A DNA stretch of 64,000 bases from Patescibacteria group bacterium (GTDB taxonomy: Bacteria > Patescibacteriota > Patescibacteriia > UBA2591 > JAQUPP01). The notes under the pieces are model-generated. The model ran no database searches. It saw nothing but the letters and a program-made list of their open reading frames with translations, and had not been told where the DNA came from. The stretch is taken from contig JBAZMD010000003.1 of the NCBI GenBank assembly GCA_041649955.1, positions 877 through 64,876 of the forward strand. The letters are read 5' to 3'. Below, one piece after another: positions 1 through 10,102 of this stretch (positions are counted from its first letter, which is position 1; each line of letters starts with the position of its first letter). Position numbers and translations under genes: made by a program.

Positions 1-37
1 GGAACTCCAAATAGACGAATCCGGACTTAAACAAATT

Positions 38-1429
38 TTGGAAGAAAATTTTAAATCATTGGAAAAACCGGTCCAAAACGCCAGAATTGAATTAACCAAG
101 CAAGAATTGGTTTTATCGGAAGAAACGCCGGGTTTTATTCTGGATTATGAAAATGGAATTAAGCAAATGGAAACCAATTTGCGATTTTTTCAAAATATTG
201 AAGTGCAAATTCCGGTTAAAGAACTTGAACCTCAGATAAAAATCAGCGAATGTTCAGAAATTTTTAATCAAGCTCAGGATTTATTCAATTCAGCGTCTTA
301 TATAATACAATACGGCAAAAAGGAAAAAAAGTTATTGCCGGATAAATGGGCTGAATGGTTGGAATTTACTAAAGATAACGGCGATCAAATAAGCCTAACT
401 TTTAATCAAGAAAAAATTAAAGAATTTATAAAACCATTGGCTGCGGAAATTGATGTTGAACCGATTGACGCTCAATTTAAAATAGAAAATGACAAGGTGG
501 TTGAATTTTCATCCGGTCAATCCGGCATGAAATTAAATATTGATGCTTCTGCTCAGATTATTATTCAAGCATTTTTAGATGATTTGTCGCAAAATAAAAT
601 TGGCGGAGAAATCCAAAAAAATAAAGAAATTAAATTGATTGTTGAAGAAATCAAGCCGACTCATATTGTTGAAAATATCAATGATTTGGGCATTAAAGAA
701 TTAGTTGGCCGAGGAGCTTCTGATTTTAGCGGCAGTCCGCAGAATCGCCGCCTTAACATTAAAGTCGGCGCTCAAAAATTAAACGGTATTTTAATCAAAC
801 CCGAAGAAGAATTTTCTATTATTAATGCGATTGGACCCGTTGATAAAGAAGCCGGTTTTCTCCCAGAGTTGGTTATCAAAGGAGATCGAACCGTGCCGGA
901 ATATGGAGGCGGTCTTTGCCAATTAGGAACAACCATGTTTAGGGTAGCTTTAAACGCAGGCGTGCCAATTACCCAGCGCTCTCCTCATTCTTATAGAGTT
1001 GTTTACTATGAACCAGCCGGTATGGATGCTACTATATATTCGCCTCAGCCGGATTTAAGATTTATCAATGATACTGAACATTATCTCTTGATTCAGACAA
1101 AAATAGAAGGAAATAATTTAATTTTTGAATTATACGGCACGCCGGACGGCCGAAAAGTTGAGACTACCAAACCTAAAATTTTTAATATCACCAAACCGGG
1201 TCCGATTAGATATATTGAGACAGATACCCTGGCGCCGGGCGTAAAAAAGAAAGTTGAGTCAGCCCATCAAGGCGCTGATGCGGAATTTAAAAATATTATT
1301 ACTTTTTCAAACGGCACGGTCAGGGAAGATGTTTGGAAAAGCCATTATAAACCTTGGCCGGAAGTTTGGATGATCGGCAAGGAAAAAATAACATCGCCGG
1401 AACCGCAAATTAATCAACCAACAAATTAA
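38..1429 (+). CDS. VanW domain-containing protein (possibly N-terminally truncated by window edge)
   Basis: Conserved VanW-type segment 'GGGLCQLGTTMFRVALNAGVPITQRSPHSYRVVYYEPAGMDATIY'; long ORF from ORF track. Confidence 0.65.
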   Translation: MEENFKSLEKPVQNARIELTKQELVLSEETPGFILDYENGIKQMETNLRFFQNIEVQIPVKELEPQIKISECSEIFNQAQDLFNSASYIIQYGKKEKKLLPDKWAEWLEFTKDNGDQISLTFNQEKIKEFIKPLAAEIDVEPIDAQFKIENDKVVEFSSGQSGMKLNIDASAQIIIQAFLDDLSQNKIGGEIQKNKEIKLIVEEIKPTHIVENINDLGIKELVGRGASDFSGSPQNRRLNIKVGAQKLNGILIKPEEEFSIINAIGPVDKEAGFLPELVIKGDRTVPEYGGGLCQLGTTMFRVALNAGVPITQRSPHSYRVVYYEPAGMDATIYSPQPDLRFINDTEHYLLIQTKIEGNNLIFELYGTPDGRKVETTKPKIFNITKPGPIRYIETDTLAPGVKKKVESAHQGADAEFKNIITFSNGTVREDVWKSHYKPWPEVWMIGKEKITSPEPQINQPTN

Positions 1430-1441
1430 AAAATTGAAAAA

Positions 1442-3496
1442 ATGAATATAACTGAATTAGCCAGAGTTTTAAAAGTTACACCGCAAGAGCTTAAGGAAAA
1501 ATTACCCGAGCTCGGTTTTCATATTGGTTTAAGAGCGATTCAAATTCCGGACGATCAGGCTAATAAAGTAATAGAATCTTGGCACGAAGCGGAAAAAAAA
1601 TCTGCTTTGCTTCAAAAAATTAAAGATAAAATGTCGCGCGTGGCAGATGAAGAAGAAATTGTTAAAATTAATTCTATTTCTATCCCGCCGACAATTCAGG
1701 TTTATCGCTTGGCTGAGAGATTAAAAATGCCCATTACTAAATTAATGGGAGAGCTGATTAAAAATGGAGTTTTAGCCAGTATTAATGAAAATTTAGATTT
1801 TGAAGTTGCGGCGATTGTTGCCGAAAAATTGGGATTTAAAGCGACCAGGGGCGAGGAAGGAGAAGAAATAAAGAAGAAAAAAATGATTAAAGAAAGATTG
1901 GAAGAAGTTTTGGCGCAAGAAGACAAAAATGATTTGATTATGCGTCCGCCAGTGGTAGTGGTAATGGGTCATGTTGATCACGGCAAGACCACTATTTTGG
2001 ACGCTATTCGCCAAACTCATGTTGCTGACAAAGAAGTGGGCGGCATTACTCAAAAAATCGGCGCCTATCAGGTGATTGTTCCTATAAAAGAAAAAGAACA
2101 ATCATCCCGAGCGAAGCGAGGGATAGATAGCACATCAAGCCGCACAATTACTTTTATAGACACGCCGGGCCATGAAACATTTCAAGCCATGCGATCAAGA
2201 GGCGGAGAAGCGGCTGATATTGCCGTTTTAGTGGTGGCGGCTGATGATAAAATTCAGCCTCAAACCATTGAATCAATAAAAATTATTCAGCAAGAAAATT
2301 TGCCGTTTATAGTGGCGATTAATAAAATAGATAAACCTGAAGCAGATGTTGAAAGAGTCAAAAAAGGTTTGTCGGAAATTAATTTAATACCCGAAGATTG
2401 GGGCGGTTCGGTTATTTGCGTGCCGGTTTCAGGCAAAACAAAACAAGGAATTGATGAATTATTGGAAATGATAATTCTTTTGGCAGATATGAAAAAAGAT
2501 AAATTAATGGCCAATCCTAAAGGAACATTGGTCGGAACGATTATTGAAACTCATCGCGACCCGGGCGCGGGTGAAGTGGCAAGTTTGATTATTTTTAACG
2601 GACTTTTGGAAAAAGGCACTAATCTTATTGCCGGGCATGGTTATGGAAGGGTTAAATTAATTAAGAATCGGGCTAATAAAGAAGTAGAAAAAGCGCCAAG
2701 CGGCATGCCGGTTCAAATTTTCGGTCTTAAAGGAGTGGTGAAGGTCGGAGATATTGTTGAAGAAGTGAAAGATAATAAAGAATTTAAAAAGAAAATTAAA
2801 GAAATTGATTTATCTTATCAAAAAAGAGGAGACAATAATCAAACACAAGGAGTAAAAGATAAAAAAACGACCAGAAAATCTCTTAATCTTATTTTAAGAG
2901 CTGATGTTTCCGGATCGCTTGAAGCTGTTATTCATGCTTTGGAAAAAATAAATCATCCGGAAGTAAAAATTAATATTTTAAAAAAAGATTTGGGCAATCT
3001 GACTGAAATTGACGTGGAATTAGCCAAAAATGCCAATGCTTGGCTGATTGGTTTTAACGTTGATATGACCAATCAAGCGAAACAAGCAGCCTCGGACATG
3101 GGAATCAAGATAAATATTTATCAAATTATTTACGATTTATTACAGAATGTCAAAGATGAAATGAATAAATCTTTTTCCATAGAAATTATAGAAGAAAAGA
3201 CCGGTAAATTGGAAGTTTTGGCGATTTTCAGAACTGCCGGCAAGGAAACAATTTTAGGTGGCCGGGTTGTAACCGGTAAAATATTTAAAGATAATATCGC
3301 CAGAGTTTGGGGAATAAATCAAGAATTAAAAGGCGAGGGAAAAATCGTTGAGCTTCAAGTTCATCATCAAGACGCGGCAGAAGCCAAACTTGGCACGGAA
3401 TGCGGATTGAAACTCGTCGGTTCGGCGGAAATTGTGGTGGGAGATTTTTTGGAAACTTATCGCGAAATTAAAAAAGAAAAGAAATTTATAGTTTAA
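1442..3496 (+). CDS. infB: Translation initiation factor IF-2
   Basis: G-domain motifs 'GHVDHGKTT', 'DTPGH', 'NKIDK'; typical IF-2 C-terminal domains; ~18-aa insertion between 'GAYQV' and 'ITFIDTPGH' relative to E. coli IF-2. Confidence 0.9.
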   Translation: MNITELARVLKVTPQELKEKLPELGFHIGLRAIQIPDDQANKVIESWHEAEKKSALLQKIKDKMSRVADEEEIVKINSISIPPTIQVYRLAERLKMPITKLMGELIKNGVLASINENLDFEVAAIVAEKLGFKATRGEEGEEIKKKKMIKERLEEVLAQEDKNDLIMRPPVVVVMGHVDHGKTTILDAIRQTHVADKEVGGITQKIGAYQVIVPIKEKEQSSRAKRGIDSTSSRTITFIDTPGHETFQAMRSRGGEAADIAVLVVAADDKIQPQTIESIKIIQQENLPFIVAINKIDKPEADVERVKKGLSEINLIPEDWGGSVICVPVSGKTKQGIDELLEMIILLADMKKDKLMANPKGTLVGTIIETHRDPGAGEVASLIIFNGLLEKGTNLIAGHGYGRVKLIKNRANKEVEKAPSGMPVQIFGLKGVVKVGDIVEEVKDNKEFKKKIKEIDLSYQKRGDNNQTQGVKDKKTTRKSLNLILRADVSGSLEAVIHALEKINHPEVKINILKKDLGNLTEIDVELAKNANAWLIGFNVDMTNQAKQAASDMGIKINIYQIIYDLLQNVKDEMNKSFSIEIIEEKTGKLEVLAIFRTAGKETILGGRVVTGKIFKDNIARVWGINQELKGEGKIVELQVHHQDAAEAKLGTECGLKLVGSAEIVVGDFLETYREIKKEKKFIV

Positions 3497-3698
3497 ATGG
3501 CCGCGAAATTCGCCCTCACTCAACGCTCCAAACCCTTGAAAATTATACTCGTTTTATTCTGAAAAATTCATAACTCCTCCCGAATAGGTCGTCAAACAGA
3601 TGAATTTTTCAATAAAACTCCTTAATTTTCTAAGGCTTTTACGCGACTTCGTTCAGGTGAACTTCGCTCATAGTGTGTTAATTAATTATTTATTATTT

Positions 3699-4415
3699 AT
3701 GAAAGGAATTATTTTAGCCGGCGGCAACGGCAGCAGATTATTGCCGTGTACCAAAGTCATCAATAAACATCTTTTGAATGTTTACGATAAACCGATGATT
3801 TATTATCCCTTGGAAACCTTGGTTAAAGCTGATATAAAAGAAATCCTTTTGGTTACCGGCGGTAATAATCCCGGTGATTTTTTAAAATTATTGGGCAGCG
3901 GCAAGGAATGGGGAATTAAAGAAATGCATTATGCTTATCAAGAAGGTGCTGGCGGTATTGCCGAAGCTTTGGGTTTGGCTGAAGATTTCGCCGATAATGA
4001 ACCGATTGCCGTTATTTTGGGAGATAATATTTTTGAAGATGATTTTTCTCAAGCAGTGAAAGATTTTAAATTTCAAGCAAAAGGCGCCAAGCTTTTTTTA
4101 AAAGAAGTTCAAGATCCTCAGCGTTTTGGCGTGGCGGAAATTAAGGACAATAAAATTATTGATATTCAAGAAAAACCGGCTAATCCTAAAAGCAAATATG
4201 CCGTGACCGGTCTTTATATGTACGATTCGCAAGTTTTTGATATTATAAAAAACATCAAGCCCTCCAAAAGAGGAGAGCTTGAAATTACTGATGTTAATAA
4301 TTTTTACATTAAACAAGGCACAGCCAGTTCAGAAATTGTTAAAGGATTTTGGTCGGATGCCGGAACATTTTCTTCGCTTTTGAAATCGGCAAATTTGGTG
4401 GCGCAATCAAAATAA
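3699..4415 (+). CDS. Sugar-phosphate nucleotidyltransferase (glucose-1-phosphate thymidylyl/uridylyltransferase-like)
   Basis: 'MKGIILAGGNGSRLLPCTKVINKHLLNVYDKPMIYYPLE' matches the G-x-G-T-R-L signature region of RmlA/GalU-type nucleotidyltransferases; ORF-track start 3600 is a likely spurious N-extension, ATG at 3699 in frame. Confidence 0.75.
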   Translation: MKGIILAGGNGSRLLPCTKVINKHLLNVYDKPMIYYPLETLVKADIKEILLVTGGNNPGDFLKLLGSGKEWGIKEMHYAYQEGAGGIAEALGLAEDFADNEPIAVILGDNIFEDDFSQAVKDFKFQAKGAKLFLKEVQDPQRFGVAEIKDNKIIDIQEKPANPKSKYAVTGLYMYDSQVFDIIKNIKPSKRGELEITDVNNFYIKQGTASSEIVKGFWSDAGTFSSLLKSANLVAQSK

Positions 4416-4416
4416 C

Positions 4417-5934
4417 TTATTGAATTTTTAATTTAAAAAATCCTTCTTTGTCTCCCGCTTTGCCGAGACAAAACAAATATGAGTTGGAATCGGCCAAGCA
4501 GGTGGAAATTTGTTCGCTTGAGAAAATCAGATGATTATTGAATCCGCCGCGATTATCTATTTCAAGAAGAAAAACTTGATTTTGCCGGGAAGACGCATCG
4601 GATGTAATATATAAAAGATAATTTTGAGTCGGATAGAGAGAAGCATCAGAAATTATTGGGCTGAGACGATTGATAATTTCTCTTTTAAACGGATTTTGTT
4701 CAGGATTATCGCCGGAAATATCCAATATTAAAAGTTCGTGATCATTATAATAGAAATAATTATTTTTAGAGGTGAAAGACAGAAGTTCAGAGGATTGGAT
4801 GTTTGTGGAAATATTTAATTGACCGAATGAATCAGGAGCAAGAATCATAACTTCTTTTTTGCCATTGTTAGTTAAAAATCTTGAATTTCCCGGAGGTTGA
4901 ATTTCGGAAAAACTAAGTGGAAGATTTGGCAATTCCTGCTGAGCGATTAAGATATTTTGCCCGTTATTTTTTTTATTTAACCAATATTTTTCCAAGAATA
5001 ATTTTTTCTGGCGTATTGTTAAAATTTCAATAGTTTCAGAAGATTCCAACCAATCCGTAAAAGGATTATTAATTTGGAAAAAAACAGACATTTTATTATC
5101 GGATAAGTCCATGGAATAAACAGTATTATCCAGTTTGGCTAAAACTGTATTCGGCAGATTTTTTGCCCATTTGATATTAATAATATTTTTTTGCTTATTA
5201 ATCCCCGCAAAATTAAATTTTGAAAATTCTTGATTTAAATTAATAAGTTTTTTCTCCGCCCAATCAAAAACAAAATAAGTATTTTTTTTATCTTTTTCAG
5301 CCGAGAACAAAATACTTTTTGCATTCGGAGCAAAAGATATAAAATTAATTTCTCCGATATCGGTTAATTTTTCCAAAGGAATCAAGTTTTCTTTTTCAGT
5401 AATAAACAATTTGAATTGCTGGCTGGGCTTGGAAGAATCAGAGCTGACTTGATAGACAATTTTATCTTTATTGGGACTAGACCATTTGTTTGTAATTTTT
5501 CCTTCATCCAGCCAAACGGGTTGGGGGGAATTTAAAAATAATTGAATGAATTGGAAAGAAGTGGTTTGGTTGGGTTTAATTTCAACTTTTTTATTCCAGG
5601 AATGATAACCGTTTTTTTGGACTTCCACTGAATATTGTCCGGGTAGAATATTAGAAATTAAAGAAGCGGTTGTTCCTTGCCGTTTGACCATGCCAAAAAT
5701 ATCTTTATAAAATAAAAGAGAATCATACCAATGGTGTTCAATTGATGTTTTGCCATTAACTACCACTAAAGCGTCTCGCGGATACGAATCAACGAATAAA
5801 TTGCCGGTTTTAGTCAGTCGATGAGTTCTGAAATCAAATTGATACCCCTTGGCGTAAAATATTAAAGGCGGGGCAGCAGCAATAAAAGCAAGAGTAAAAA
5901 ATATAATTAAAAAAATTCTAATTTTTTTTGGCAT
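4417..5934 (-). CDS. Membrane-anchored PEGA-domain protein with C-terminal beta-rich domain
   Basis: N-terminal hydrophobic helix (IFLIIFFTLAFIAAAPPLIF); PEGA-like segment 'VVVNGKTS...PGQYSVEVQKNGYHSWNKKVEI'. Confidence 0.5.
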   Translation of the reverse strand: MPKKIRIFLIIFFTLAFIAAAPPLIFYAKGYQFDFRTHRLTKTGNLFVDSYPRDALVVVNGKTSIEHHWYDSLLFYKDIFGMVKRQGTTASLISNILPGQYSVEVQKNGYHSWNKKVEIKPNQTTSFQFIQLFLNSPQPVWLDEGKITNKWSSPNKDKIVYQVSSDSSKPSQQFKLFITEKENLIPLEKLTDIGEINFISFAPNAKSILFSAEKDKKNTYFVFDWAEKKLINLNQEFSKFNFAGINKQKNIINIKWAKNLPNTVLAKLDNTVYSMDLSDNKMSVFFQINNPFTDWLESSETIEILTIRQKKLFLEKYWLNKKNNGQNILIAQQELPNLPLSFSEIQPPGNSRFLTNNGKKEVMILAPDSFGQLNISTNIQSSELLSFTSKNNYFYYNDHELLILDISGDNPEQNPFKREIINRLSPIISDASLYPTQNYLLYITSDASSRQNQVFLLEIDNRGGFNNHLIFSSEQISTCLADSNSYLFCLGKAGDKEGFFKLKIQ

Positions 5935-5946
5935 AAATTAAATAAT

Positions 5947-7206
5947 ATGTCTAAATTCATTATTCAAGGCGGAAAACATTTAAAAGGCGAAGTGGAAATA
6001 AAAGGCATGAAAAATGCGATTACTCCCATTATCGCGGCTACTCTTTTAACCGACGAAACTTGCGTTATTGATAATGTTCCAAAAATTTCCGATGTTGATA
6101 AAATGATTGATATTTTAAAAAGCTTGAGCAGTGAAATATCTTGGACCGGCGATCAGCAATTGACGATTTGCAATAAAAATATTTCTTTAAAAAGTTTGGA
6201 TGAGAAAGCGGTTAAAAGTTTGCGTTCTTCAATTTTATTTCTCGGTCCGTTATTAGCCAGATTTGGTAAGGTTGATTTACCGGAACCGGGCGGTTGCATT
6301 ATTGGCAAGCGGCCGATTGATGTTCATTTATCCGCTTTGAAAAGTTTAGGCGCTCAGATTATTGAAGATAATGGTTTTTATCATCTCAAAGCCGACAAGT
6401 TAATTGGCAGTAAGATTATTCTACCAGAATTTTCCGTTACCGCAACAGAGAATATCTTAATGGCTGCGGTCAAAGCTCAGGGCCAAACGATTATTAAATT
6501 GGCTGCCGAAGAACCTCATGTCCAGGATCTATGCAATTTTCTGAATAAAATGGGAGCGAAAATTTCCGGCATTGGCACTCATACTTTAATCATTGACGGA
6601 GTTGATAAGTTAAAAGGCACTCAATATAAAATTATTCCCGATCAAATAGAAATCGGCACTTTTATAGTTCTGGCCGCGGTCACTCATTCAGAGTTGCATA
6701 TTAAAAATATTGTTCCCGAACACTTGGATTTGATTCTTTTAAAATTAAAAGAAATCGGCGTTAAATTTGAATTAAAAGAAAATCAGTTGGATATTTATCC
6801 TTCATATAATTTAAAAGCTTTTAAATTGCAGGCTTTGCCTTATCCGGGTTTCCCCACTGATTTGCAGGCTCCATTCGCGCTTTTGGCAACTCAATGCAAT
6901 GGCGTCAGTTTGATCCAAGATCCGCTTTATGAAAGCCGGATGAGTTATGTCGGAGAATTGATTAAAATGGGAGCTAACGCGATTGTCGCTGATCCGCATC
7001 GCATAATTATCAGCGGTCCAACGCCTTTATACGGCCAAGAAATAAAAAGTTTTGATTTGCGCGCCGGAGCCACTTTGATTATTGCTGGTCTTTTAGCCGA
7101 AGGACAAACCGTTATTAACCAAGTTGAAATTGTTGACCGTGGTTATGAAAAAATTGAAAAAAGATTATCCCATCTCGGAGCTGAAATCAAGCGGGCGGAA
7201 AATTAA
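5947..7206 (+). CDS. murA: UDP-N-acetylglucosamine 1-carboxyvinyltransferase
   Basis: 'IQGGKHLKGEVEIKGMKNA', catalytic Cys context 'PGGCIIGKRPIDVH', full length ~419 aa. Confidence 0.9.
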   Translation: MSKFIIQGGKHLKGEVEIKGMKNAITPIIAATLLTDETCVIDNVPKISDVDKMIDILKSLSSEISWTGDQQLTICNKNISLKSLDEKAVKSLRSSILFLGPLLARFGKVDLPEPGGCIIGKRPIDVHLSALKSLGAQIIEDNGFYHLKADKLIGSKIILPEFSVTATENILMAAVKAQGQTIIKLAAEEPHVQDLCNFLNKMGAKISGIGTHTLIIDGVDKLKGTQYKIIPDQIEIGTFIVLAAVTHSELHIKNIVPEHLDLILLKLKEIGVKFELKENQLDIYPSYNLKAFKLQALPYPGFPTDLQAPFALLATQCNGVSLIQDPLYESRMSYVGELIKMGANAIVADPHRIIISGPTPLYGQEIKSFDLRAGATLIIAGLLAEGQTVINQVEIVDRGYEKIEKRLSHLGAEIKRAEN

Positions 7207-7369
7207 TTATTGTTAATAAATAGGATTGACTAATTTTTAAGGAGTGTTATATTAATTTCTATGCCCGCCTAAATTTTATTAAGATAGTTCATTTTTTAAA
7301 TCTAGGTGGAGCAAAATTAAACTTAAGAAGCATTGAAATATTATTTGAATTAATAAAATTTAAGCGGGT

Positions 7370-7696
7370 ATGTTAGCAATCAAACTATCAAGAATAGGAA
7401 AAAAACATCAGCCGTCTTTTAGACTGCTGGTTTTAGAAAAGTCCAAAGATCCGTGGGGAAATTTTTTGGAAGACTTGGGATATTATAATCCTTTGACCAA
7501 AAAATCATCTCTTAATAATGAGCGGATAAATTATTGGATTTCCAAAGGCGCTCAACCGACCAAGACGGTTCATAATTTGTTGGTTAATCTGCAAATTATT
7601 GCCGGCAAAAAGGTTAAGGTAACAAAAGTAACAATGAAAAATCAGGAAGCCAAGAAACAAGCCGATGCGAAAGAAGGAGAAAAAGCGGAAAAATAA
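7370..7696 (+). CDS. rpsP: 30S ribosomal protein S16
   Basis: 'MLAIKLSRIGKKHQPSFRLLVLEKSKDPWGNFLEDLGYYNP' canonical S16 N-terminus; upstream TTGACT-16nt-TATATT promoter at ~7226-7255. Confidence 0.9.
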   Translation: MLAIKLSRIGKKHQPSFRLLVLEKSKDPWGNFLEDLGYYNPLTKKSSLNNERINYWISKGAQPTKTVHNLLVNLQIIAGKKVKVTKVTMKNQEAKKQADAKEGEKAEK

Positions 7697-7771
7697 AGTG
7701 TTAGTCATTGAGACTTTTTGTTTTTCGTTAGAGTATTTTTATAATAGAAGATTTTTAAAAAATATAAAAAT

Positions 7772-8350
7772 ATGGTTATAGAAAAAGAGCCAACCAAAGA
7801 AATCAGAAATGAAATAGGTAAAAATCTTTCTGAAAAAGAAAGAGGACTTTTTTCTAAATTTAGAGAGAAAGCCGGAGATATAGGAAGAATCTTTATGTTA
7901 GCTACTTTGTTTGCAATAGGAACAGAGGCTCTAGCTAGTGAAGCTAAACCAGAAAAAGATATACGTTTAATTAGTACTATAGAAACTATGGGAAACTTAA
8001 TGAAAAGCGGAGTGGCCATAGAAAAGACAGATGATGGATTTGATGACTTTGTTTTTTCTAAACAGTATGTGCCAGATCCAGAAGGAATAATTGGTAGTTA
8101 TGTAAAACAAGAAATAGCATCAGTGGATGGAGTAACTACTGATTCTATAAAAATTACAGAAAAAAATCCACAAAAATTTGAAATCATTGCATATAATTCC
8201 GACGGATCAGAAGATCATATATTTACAGCAGAAGGTAAGGCGGATAGTTTAACTACCACTAAAAATGGAAAAACTCTTCAATCTCTCTCGAGTGAAGATC
8301 TTGAAAATCAGATACGTCAACAATTAAAAGCCCGACACCAAGGTCACTAA
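7772..8350 (+). CDS. Hypothetical protein (possible signal/TM segment), inserted between rpsP and KH-protein gene
   Basis: ORF only; hydrophobic stretch 'IFMLATLFAIGTEALA'; no recognisable domain. Confidence 0.4.
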   Translation: MVIEKEPTKEIRNEIGKNLSEKERGLFSKFREKAGDIGRIFMLATLFAIGTEALASEAKPEKDIRLISTIETMGNLMKSGVAIEKTDDGFDDFVFSKQYVPDPEGIIGSYVKQEIASVDGVTTDSIKITEKNPQKFEIIAYNSDGSEDHIFTAEGKADSLTTTKNGKTLQSLSSEDLENQIRQQLKARHQGH

Positions 8351-8366
8351 CTAAAATATTTTTATT

Positions 8367-8636
8367 ATGCCTATTGTCATAAAAACTACTGATCAAGAAA
8401 TTACAACCCTTATTCAAAAGTTAAATAAGTTAAAAGAAGAAGACAAAGATTTACTTATTTCTCTTTTGAGTCTTTTAAAAAAGAACGAGATTCGGATATT
8501 AAATCAAGATAAAAATTTATTAGAAATTTTACTAAAAAATATAAAAGAAAAGAGACAGGCTTTAAAAAATCTTAACGAACAAAAATTAAAAGAAATCTTA
8601 AAAACAGAAATAAGTTTTTTAGAAAACGTCAAATGA
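8367..8636 (+). CDS. Hypothetical coiled-coil protein
   Basis: ORF only; Leu/Lys/Glu-rich heptad-like sequence. Confidence 0.3.
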   Translation: MPIVIKTTDQEITTLIQKLNKLKEEDKDLLISLLSLLKKNEIRILNQDKNLLEILLKNIKEKRQALKNLNEQKLKEILKTEISFLENVK

Positions 8637-8818
8637 TCTCTTGACAGATTTTTTATTTTTTGTTATAGTATATAAAGTAAAAGTGCCAGTCTCAAATGTT
8701 TGTAAATTTTAAAAAACATTTGGAAAAAGGTCGGAAGGCTGGATGATTTAAAAGGTAGCAAGTATTGATGTCCTGACTTAGAAGGTGCAGGAATCAAGCA
8801 AACCATAAAAATACCAAT

Positions 8819-9127
8819 ATGGCAGTAAAAGCAAAAGATCAAGAATTTATAGAGTACGTTGTCAAGGCGCTTGTAGTCCACCCAGACGATGTTAAAGTCG
8901 TTCGCACAGTTGACGAAATGGGTGTTCTTCTTTCTTTAAGGCTTAATCCGGAAGATATGGGACAAATAATTGGTCGAGAAGGTTCAACCGCTCGAGCAAT
9001 TAGAACTCTTATCCGCATTATCGGCTTAAGAAATAATGCGCGCATTAATCTTAAAATCGAAGAACCGGAAGGATCTACACGCGGAGTGAGAAGCACTTCC
9101 AGCGCGGTAGACGATTTAAAATTATAA
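8819..9127 (+). CDS. KH-domain RNA-binding protein (YlqC/UPF0109 family)
   Basis: 'VVKALVVHPDDVKV...IIGREGSTARAIRTLI' = KH GXXG motif; conserved position between rpsP and trmD. Confidence 0.8.
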   Translation: MAVKAKDQEFIEYVVKALVVHPDDVKVVRTVDEMGVLLSLRLNPEDMGQIIGREGSTARAIRTLIRIIGLRNNARINLKIEEPEGSTRGVRSTSSAVDDLKL

Positions 9128-9147
9128 TTTTTACTCAATAGGGAAAT

Positions 9148-9182
9148 AAAATCACTACCCTTTTGGGTGGTGGTTTTATTTT
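9148..9182 (+). terminator. Rho-independent terminator after KH-protein gene
   Basis: Hairpin aaatcactaccc/gggtggtggttt followed by T-run. Confidence 0.5.
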
Positions 9183-9237
9183 AACGATTTTGTCTGCGAG
9201 GGCAAATCAAAGGCGAAGCCCGAGCAGGTATAAAATC

Positions 9238-9360
9238 GTTACCCCCTCTTTTATCTCAACGATAAATTTTCGATAATCGTTAGGATAAAAGGCGAAGCCG
9301 CTTCACTTACGGAATATTGTAAAACGAAAGGCTCTCGATGGAGTAAAAGAGGGGGTGCTC
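9238..9360. repeat. Degenerate inverted-repeat element (family B-like: TACCCCCTCTTTTATCTC ... GAGTAAAAGAGGGGGTGCTC)
   Basis: Inverted termini seen directly; internal segment 'ataaaaggcgaagccgcttcacttacggaatattgtaaaacg' resembles internal segment of element at 29119-29245. Confidence 0.5.
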
Positions 9361-9427
9361 AAAAATCTAATAAAAAATTTGCTCCGCCGGTTGGCGGATC
9401 AAACTTGAATTTTTTAAAATTTTTGGC

Positions 9428-10102
9428 ATGAAATTTGATATTTTGACAATTTTCCCGGATATTTTTGAAAATTATTTCAATGCTTCAATTATTAAACGAG
9501 CTCAAGAAAAAAAAATAATTAAAATTAAGGTTCATAATTTTCGTTCTTTCACTGCCGACAAACATAAAAAAGTTGATGACAAACCTTATGGCGGCGGTCC
9601 GGGAATGATTTTAAAAATAGAACCATTATATAATGCTCTTACAAAACTAAAATTTTTTCCAAAAACCAAGAATCAGAAAATTATTTTATTCACTCCGCAA
9701 GGAAAAAAGTTTGATCAAAAAATGGCAAGACGTTTGTCAAAATTGGAAAGAATAATTTTAATCTGCGGGCGATACGAAGGCGTAGATGCCAGAATTGATA
9801 AATTTATTGATGAAAAAATTTCCATTGGCGATTATGTTTTGACAGGAGGAGAACTACCGGCCATGATTTTGACAGATGCTATTACCAGATTGATTCCAGG
9901 GGTTATTACTTCAGAATCTCTTAAAGAAGAGTCATTCGGCGATTCAGAGTTAACCACAGAATATCCACAATACACCCGTCCGGAAGTCTTTACATTTAAA
10001 GATAAATTTAGTAAAATTAAAAAACTTATTGTGCCGAAAGAATTGCTTTCAGGCAATCATCAAAAAATAGAGAAATGGAGACAAAAACATTTCGGCAGTT
10101 AA
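9428..10102 (+). CDS. trmD: tRNA (guanine37-N1)-methyltransferase
   Basis: 'MKFDILTIFPDIFENYF...GGGPGM' canonical TrmD. Confidence 0.9.
   Translation: MKFDILTIFPDIFENYFNASIIKRAQEKKIIKIKVHNFRSFTADKHKKVDDKPYGGGPGMILKIEPLYNALTKLKFFPKTKNQKIILFTPQGKKFDQKMARRLSKLERIILICGRYEGVDARIDKFIDEKISIGDYVLTGGELPAMILTDAITRLIPGVITSESLKEESFGDSELTTEYPQYTRPEVFTFKDKFSKIKKLIVPKELLSGNHQKIEKWRQKHFGS

Noticed and set aside
3600-3698. N-terminal 33-aa extension of the nucleotidyltransferase ORF
   Set aside because: Conserved 'MKGIILAGG' start at 3699 is the canonical N-terminus; the extension is an in-frame read-through of the intergenic region.
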